Shown here: in pieces, positions 51,350-57,959 of the stretch
How the letters are laid out: each line of letters opens with the position of its first letter
How positions within the stretch are numbered: position 1 is the stretch's first letter
From: Chromera velia
Taxonomy: Eukaryota
NCBI GenBank assembly: GCA_018398765.1
Contig: JAHBMJ010000063.1
Span: 1-57,959, forward strand
Direction: 5' to 3'
DNA length: 57,959 bases
Notes under the pieces: model-generated
Databases searched by the model: none
Told to the model about the DNA's origin: nothing
The model's input: the letters and a program-made list of their open reading frames with translations, nothing else
Made by a program: the position numbers and the translations under genes

Positions 51350-52358
51350 TGTAAGCTACGTACGGTACTAGAGGCTCAATTACGATAAGCGTAGATTGTA
51401 GGCAGACTCACAATAAAGTATGTCCTAGCAGAGTCAATTTGTTGATCCACTATTCAGACCAGCCAACACCACGATCGAGAGACTAGCACAGAACAGCTTT
51501 CGCATGCAAGGTCAGACGTCACTTTATTCAGACTGAGCGTACGCGGCGTTGCGAGGTCGGCGGCAGCCTTAGCGTGGCGCGACGCTCGTGACAAGCCCAC
51601 ACCTACCCGCCTTCTGAAGCTGACGTCCACGCTCAGCTCACAGTGTCACCCTCAATCTCTCAATCGATGGCACCTCGACAATCAATTCACTAAGATTCAA
51701 TCTGCTAGTCAATCAATCACGTAGACCATCGAAATCGAACCATAGAGGCATGAATGAAGTCGGTAAGCCACGACCAACACCACAGTGTGCCTCTTCTAGT
51801 TTTGGGAACTTGTTCTCGAACTTTAAGCGCCTGAGGAGGTAGACCACCCAGTCCGCCTCCAAACAACATACCGTCTCCTTGTATATCCGTCGGCTGCTGG
51901 ACTGCCACAGCAGCTTGCTCCATCTGTCTTTGCTGCAGTTCCGCCAGTATCTGCCCTTGCTGCTACTGGGTCTGCTGGACTGCGGTGAGGCCCTGCTGAA
52001 CCTGTAGCAGAGTCGCACCTACCTCCGCCTGGAACTGCTTAAAAGACATCAAGAAAAAAAATTAGAATGGGCAAAGATTTGTTCCTTCGCTGAACCAGCT
52101 CTGTACTACCAGACTGTAAGTTACGTACGGTACTAGAGGCTCAATTACGATAAGCGTAGATTGTAGGCAGACTCACATTAAAGTGTGTCCTAGTAGAGTC
52201 AATTTGTTGATCCACTATTTAGACTAGCCAACACCACGATCGAGAAACTGGCACAGAACAGCTTTCGCATGCAAGGTCAGACGTCACTTTATTCAGACTG
52301 AGCGCACGCGGCGTTGCGAGGTCGGCGGCGGCCCTAGTGCGGCGCGACGCTCGTGACA
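51350..52358 (-). mobile_element. Small non-autonomous LTR element (TRIM-like), 244-bp LTRs at 51350-51593 and 52115-52358
   Basis: Both repeats run TGTAAG...GTGACA. On the minus strand a PBS-like TGGTAGTACAGAGC follows the 52115 LTR and a purine-rich tract precedes the 51593 LTR. No TSD found. Confidence 0.75.
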
Positions 52359-53119
52359 GGCCTACATGCACCCTTTATCTTAAAGCATACTCCAAACTTC
52401 TGCAACAAAGTTCAAGACTATTCTGAACTTCTGCAGTCTCAGTTCAAGGAGTCGATAGTGACAGGGGGATACAGGGGGATAAGGATTGTAGTAGAGAAAT
52501 TGTTTGGTGGGCTCCTTCAAGGAGGTTCTGTGTCAACATGGAGGGATGACAAATGAAAATTCAGTCTTTCATGGCTAAACCTTAACCGTTTTTTCTCACG
52601 ACAAGATCAAAGAGCGTCTTTTCAGGTTCTGCTGCTCATCGTCAGTATCAATACACTGTCCACTAAATCTCTTCCCAACAAAAATAGGTTACAGCTAAGT
52701 AAGAAAACCTGCATGGAATCCTAAACTGAAAATTACCGTAAAATAAAAATCAAATCTTAATCAGCATAGTCATCACTTCATGCATCTTCCCACAAGCCCT
52801 AGTATAAGCCTACATTAAGTCCAATTTATATACTTAAATAAACACACATAACTTGACATAAGTGAATCGAGACAGCGTAACCGTACATATATATATATAT
52901 ATATATATATAATAAATATCAATGATTATAAGTGAATAAACGGACCTTATGTATTCCATACTTACCATACCTCCGTACTACCAATAATCCCACACACACA
53001 GATACAAGAGACACAACACACTTATTGTTAGTTCTATGAGGGTAGGAAAGGTAGAGGCTCACAGCAGTTATTGATGAATCTGAGTTAACTCAGTACACAA
53101 CACACACAGAGTTAATAGG

Positions 53120-53120
<1 letters not shown>

Positions 53121-53177
<57 letters not shown>

Positions 53178-53340
53178 GTTGGGGACCAGAAAGAATTTAT
53201 GCGCGCACGCCGAGCGATAAAGAAAGCGCGAGGCGGGACCAGAAAGAATTCATGCGCGTACGCCGAGCGATAAAGAAAGCGCAAGGCGATATCAAGAAAT
53301 AAGCACCGCGCACACATATATTATATATATATATATATAT
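53121..53340. repeat. (TA)n microsatellite interrupted by a ~140-bp GC-richer unit containing a 2x ~55-bp repeat
   Basis: gggaccagaaagaatt(t/c)atgcgcg(c/t)acgccgagcgataaagaaagcgc occurs twice between TA runs. Confidence 0.75.
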
Positions 53341-54391
53341 CGCCCTGCTAGCTCTGGCTACAGATAGACATAGCGGGAAGGCCCTAGGGCGGAACATATC
53401 GGGCAAACTTTGAATCAATCAAAATCAATATATATAATAATATTCCTAGTGATGTTCACCAGAATATGCAAGTGATACAACAAAACAGCGTACGCTCACT
53501 GGCATGCGGTCGTGCTACTAGTCGTGCCAGAGCCACAGGCAGCCCGGACACTCCACATGTCTGTCAGAAAACCTCATGCACTCAATTAAAAACACGGAGT
53601 CGAAAAACGCCCCGAATTCAACTCAAAGAGCCGGTACGTGCATGCACAGGGTACAACGCAGTACACTTTCCAGCGACACCGCCGACACGTCACGATTCAA
53701 AACGCCATGCAACCCATGCAGAAGCGCAGATGCAAGAGGGCCAGACGGCGAATTTCAAATCTTTCGACAAAAAGCCCTGCCGTACAGAGACGGTGACAGA
53801 CCATGGACAGTCAAATCCCGAATTTGAAAATTCTGTTCCTGGCGCATGCCGACACACCGCCGCAACGGGCGAAAGGAAACTGCTTCAACTGTCCAGATGT
53901 CAGTTGAAGGTCAGCAGCACTGTCAGAGAAAAAAAGCGCAAGACTTTGAAATTCACACAAGAGAACGCCTCTCATCCCGTCCGACTACCTCAACGTACAA
54001 AGCAGCACCCCTGGCAGTGACGTTTCGGTCATGCGGGAAACGGGGAAACAAAGGGGGGGACAACAGCAGCACACATGCAAGGGACCGGCCAGACGAGAAT
54101 CAAATCACGTTGTTTCATCCTTGCTGCCTCACTCAAAATTGACTGATGGCATCACCTCCCCCCCCCTGGCGCCCGCCTCATTTCGGACGAGCTCACAAAA
54201 GGAGACAGTCAGGAATGTTACAAGAGTTTTACAGCCGTACTGTTACATCTTTCCTGCCAAGCAGCCACGCAGCACGTTGACACCCTTTCTCGGTGCACCT
54301 TTGCAAGAAGGGTTTTCAAGCAGCTGGCAGCGCAGGAGGAGCTTGATGCACCTCGTGTCGAAGGAAGGCAAGGCAAGGCAAGGCAACACGC

Positions 54392-55438
54392 TTAGCCGAG
54401 GCCGGGGAAGGGAGTGCCGTCAATGAGGGGGATGGCATGGTAGGGCCAGTTGGGGAACTTGCCGGTGCCGGCGTGGGAAAGGAGCGCAAGGAAGGCAACC
54501 ATGGCAACGCGGCCGTTGTTCAGCTCCTTGTTTCTGAGGTCCTTGTACTCCTCGGGATCCTCGGGCTTGCCGTACGTGATGCCCTGTGCGCACTCATCGG
54601 CATCCTCCTGCTTGTAGAAGAACTGGTCCATCAAGGCCATGAAGAGGAACACCTGGGCCCACCCGGTGACGGGGATGGGGCCGAAGGTGTCCAGGGAGAA
54701 GGGGGTGCCGATATCGGCAAAGGAGGGGCCGTCTCCCTTGAAGGGAAGGTCGAAGTTGGCGTTGATGTTGCCGGGAAGGTGGATGCCGGCGGCGTTGAAG
54801 GCGGCACCGGAAACTCCGAGCATGGCAAGGCGGCCGTTCTTGAGCTCTGCAGAAGGGACGGGGGATGAAGGGAAGGTCACCAGACAGTCCTTTGGGGCAA
54901 AGCTCTTCACAACACAGCAGGGGAAGCGGAGAACAGCTTTCCAGAACCACAACGAGAATTCATTCATGACAGTTGGGCACACCTCAGACAGCAATTGCAT
55001 TGAGGGGACGGACATGCACATGGCCAGGGAGGGAAAGGGAGACGGGTGGAAACAAAAAAGGGACTCAGAGAAAAAAACAAAAAAAGGGAATCCCTCAACG
55101 CACCCTTGAGGCGGTACTCCTTGAACTTGGGATCGTCCTCGCCTTCGAGGTTGAAGGGGTTGAAGGTGGGGAAGCCGGGGAGTCCGTACTTGCCGGCACC
55201 GGGAGCGTCCTCAATGCTCATCTTCATGGAAGAGCGAGCCACCTTGGGGGTAGAGCTGCAGACAAAACCGAGGAGGAGAGGAAGACTTCAAAAAGGGGCA
55301 AGTAAGCCTTGAGGTTGCTCGATACTTAGAGGCGAAGGGGGAGATCAGAAGGAGGCAAGAAGGACCAACTGACGTGGAGAGGGTGAAGGCATCGGCGGAG
55401 GCAGCTCCGAAAACGGCGATGGCAGCGGCGAACTTCAT
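54392..55438 (-). CDS. Light-harvesting complex (chlorophyll-binding LHC family) precursor, 223 aa. Exons 55438-55374, 55255-55104, 54846-54392
   Basis: The exons sum to 672 nt. [10 protein letters not shown] (helix 1) and [13 protein letters not shown] (helix 3). Signal peptide [18 protein letters not shown] followed by a short S/T/R-rich transit region (bipartite plastid targeting). Confidence 0.95.
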
Positions 55439-55909
55439 TGTGATGATGGTTTAGTAATTGAAGATTGGGAAGTTCGTTGGATCAGCTGCTCAAAACGTTG
55501 GTTGTCTGAAGAATTTCCTGTGTTGAGATAAGAGTGTGCTGCTGAGTGGATCGAAGGAGCGAGGAAGGGAGGAGGATGAGGGGGAAGTCATGGAAGTCGT
55601 CGGACCGCTAGCTGATTTTTGCTTGACCTGCGCGGCCGCGAGACGGATTTATGGTGGCATATGGTGGCCCCGTAACTTTGTGATTTGGGGGGCATGAATG
55701 TAAATGCAATAGCGAAGTCAGTTCCATGCACGCGTTTCCTCATACCCGGGGACGCGGCATGCATAACAAAAACCTCAATCACACGTTTTTTGGTCGCTCG
55801 CACGGACTCGCACCTTGGCCCCAGGAAAGCTAGTCCGGGCATGCCGACTTTTTATGACAGAGAGGGCCCATGCAAAACACGCATATGCCAGGGTCATCTT
55901 GGGCCCTGT

Positions 55910-56286
55910 CAGGCTTTCTAGAGCGGCCATTTTTAGCACCGCGGCTGCGCCGCGGTTCCTTCCAGGGCCCTCCGCGGCGGCGCCTCCCCCCGTTTGGGAC
56001 ATGGCCCATATACCATATAAAAACGGTTTTTTCTGAGCGCCGCAGGCGCCAATTTTTTTTTTTAAGGTGTTTCAATGATAAATTTGATCAATTGCTGATC
56101 AATTTGGTTCAACTTACCTCAGAAAAGGTAAAAACCGAAACAATCACGCCGCGGTTCCCCCCCTTTCTTCAAGGTTTTACAACCGCGGCGCGCCGCGGTG
56201 CGCCCTTCGGGCGCTCCGCGGCGCTTGGTGCCGCTCCGCGGCACCGCGGCGTTTGACCGTAAACGCCGCGGTGTCTAGAAAGCCTG
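55910..56286. mobile_element. hAT-type MITE (377 bp)
   Basis: TIR CAGGCTTTCTAGA...TCTAGAAAGCCTG. 8-bp TSD GGCCCTGT at 55902-55909 and 56287-56294. Multiple subterminal CCGCGG motifs. Confidence 0.9.
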
Positions 56287-56880
56287 GGCCCTGTCTCCGC
56301 GAGCCTATTCAGAGCTTTTTCAGCCACATGTGAATCTAGTGAGATATATAGTGAGATGCTAGTGAGGCATGCAATGGCATGTATGCACTTAAGAAAAAAA
56401 AAAAAAAATCGAGACGGGGATCAATCGGGGATCAAATCGAATTTCTTAATTTGCAACACATCGTAACACTTGCTTAACAGCCGCAGCGTGACCAGCTTCC
56501 CCTCTCTCTCAGTGCAAACGAAGAGAGTGCAAGGGGGAGTCGTCTGGTGACCTGTCTGCAGACTGACTACAACTTCGTTTCCTTGGAATTTTCTTCGTGC
56601 AACACAGCAAAGAAGAAAGCGAGACTGTCCTTGCTTCCTTTTGCTTCCTGGAGCACGCAGGCCTAGAGTTCTCTGTTTCTCTGTTATCCTCTGGTGGTAT
56701 TCACAGAAAGTCCGCTCTCCACCACTGGTCAGCGTGTGCTCTGCATCAGCCAACGCTTTTGACAATTGAAAGCGAACTGTTTGCGTAGAATTGCAAGAAA
56801 AACAACAAACCCGTCTCCTCCCTGGCTCTCCCGATTTTCTCTCTCCCTTCTGCAGGAAAAGGCAAGCTTCTTTCTGCACC

Positions 56881-57609
56881 ATGGTGCGTGTGCTAGAGCC
56901 CTGCTTGAGCCTGTTTTCCATCACATCTGCCGTTCAAGGCCGTCTTCTTCTGGACAGAAGCTCTGCCTTCACGTCTTCCGTCTCTTCCGGTCTAAAGAGA
57001 CCACGAGGCACTCACCCTTCTCGCACGGTGCTGCGGAGCTCCTGGTGGGAGGGAAGCGGCGCTCCCTCTCCCCTTCGATCTGGGGACAGTTCCTTGCTGG
57101 ATGAGGACATTGATGAGGACGGAATTGTCGAAACTGTGTTTGGTGCATCCGCTAAGGACCTCAAGACGGGCGCACAAGCGGAGGCCAGTCCGAAGAAAAA
57201 GGCGCAGTCAGGTTTCACAGGCAAGTCTGATGACTCCAGCAAGAAAGTATCTTCCTTCCTCAGAGAAATCGAGTCAGCAGAGACGGACGACGAGACGGAG
57301 CGGCGTCTGGCCGCTTTCCGGGCCCATTCGCCAGTACCGTCACCTGAGTTGGACTTGCAGGAGACCACCGTGCGTTCCTCTGGGCCCACAACTGGACGAG
57401 GGAGGCCGTCAGCAAATGAAGGAAAAGAAGACAGGGAAGGAGAAAGAGTCACAGCGGCAGGGACTTTGAGGGAGAGGGCAGCAGAGAGCGTCCACCAGCT
57501 GCAGGAGCAGCGCGATTCGGTCGCCTCAAAAGAAAAGAAAGACTTTGTAATTACAGCCCGTGGCAAGAGGATCCCCATGAAGGAGATGTCGGAGTACTTC
57601 GTCAAGCAG
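56881..57609 (+). CDS. First exon of an unknown protein with a possible signal/transit leader; the gene continues past the window
   Basis: ATG at 56881 (MVRVLEPCLSLFSITSAVQG, then S/R-rich). Open frame to the CAG|GTGAGT donor at 57609/57610. Confidence 0.6.
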
Positions 57610-57851
57610 GTGAGTCGGTCGGTCGATCCTCCCTCCTTCTCGCACAGACAGTGCTTGCAGAGAATGGACGCGTGACCTCCTCAGCCCCCCCAAATGAGAG
57701 ATCCAAAAGTGAAATTTGCAACTGCCAAATGTTGGAGCAGGTCTTCATGTTTTCACAGGCTTCTTTGTGGGTTGCGTCGAAAATGTGCAGATAGTTGACG
57801 CGCCAATCTGTGCATGCTTGTTCTTGTGTGTGCGTGTGCGTGTGCGCGTGC

Positions 57852-57892
<41 letters not shown>

Positions 57893-57959
57893 AGAGAGGG
57901 TGTGTGTGCGTGTGCGTGTACATATGCATGCCTTGAAAGCATCATGGAACGAACGCACC

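Overview
Eukaryotic nuclear DNA with GT-AG introns full of (CA)n, (GA)n and (AAAG)n microsatellites, plus a few N gaps. An LHC precursor with a bipartite leader and a RAP-domain gene suggest a photosynthetic alveolate such as a chromerid (inference). Six host genes were reconstructed by hand: the 3' part of a Ser/Thr (NEK-like) kinase, a large putatively myristoylated ARM-like/LamG-like protein, a 115-aa Cys-rich protein with micro-exons, a RAP-domain protein, an LHC protein, and the first exon of a gene leaving the window. The most notable accessory feature is a partial-tandem Penelope-like retroelement (25950-34395, minus). It has permuted domain order: GIY-YIG without CxxC, then a CxC linker, then a telomerase-like RT with a long fingers insertion and WMDD, behind a long AT-hook/polyQ leader. 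This is the Naiad/Chlamys architecture, here in an apparent alveolate. Also present: a degenerate copia element with AG...CT LTR ends, interrupted by an unclassified 3.45-kb TIR element with a 4-bp TSD; a 1-kb non-autonomous LTR element; and a hAT MITE between the LHC gene and its divergent neighbour. Repeat pairs differ almost only by transitions, suggesting methylation- or RIP-like decay.
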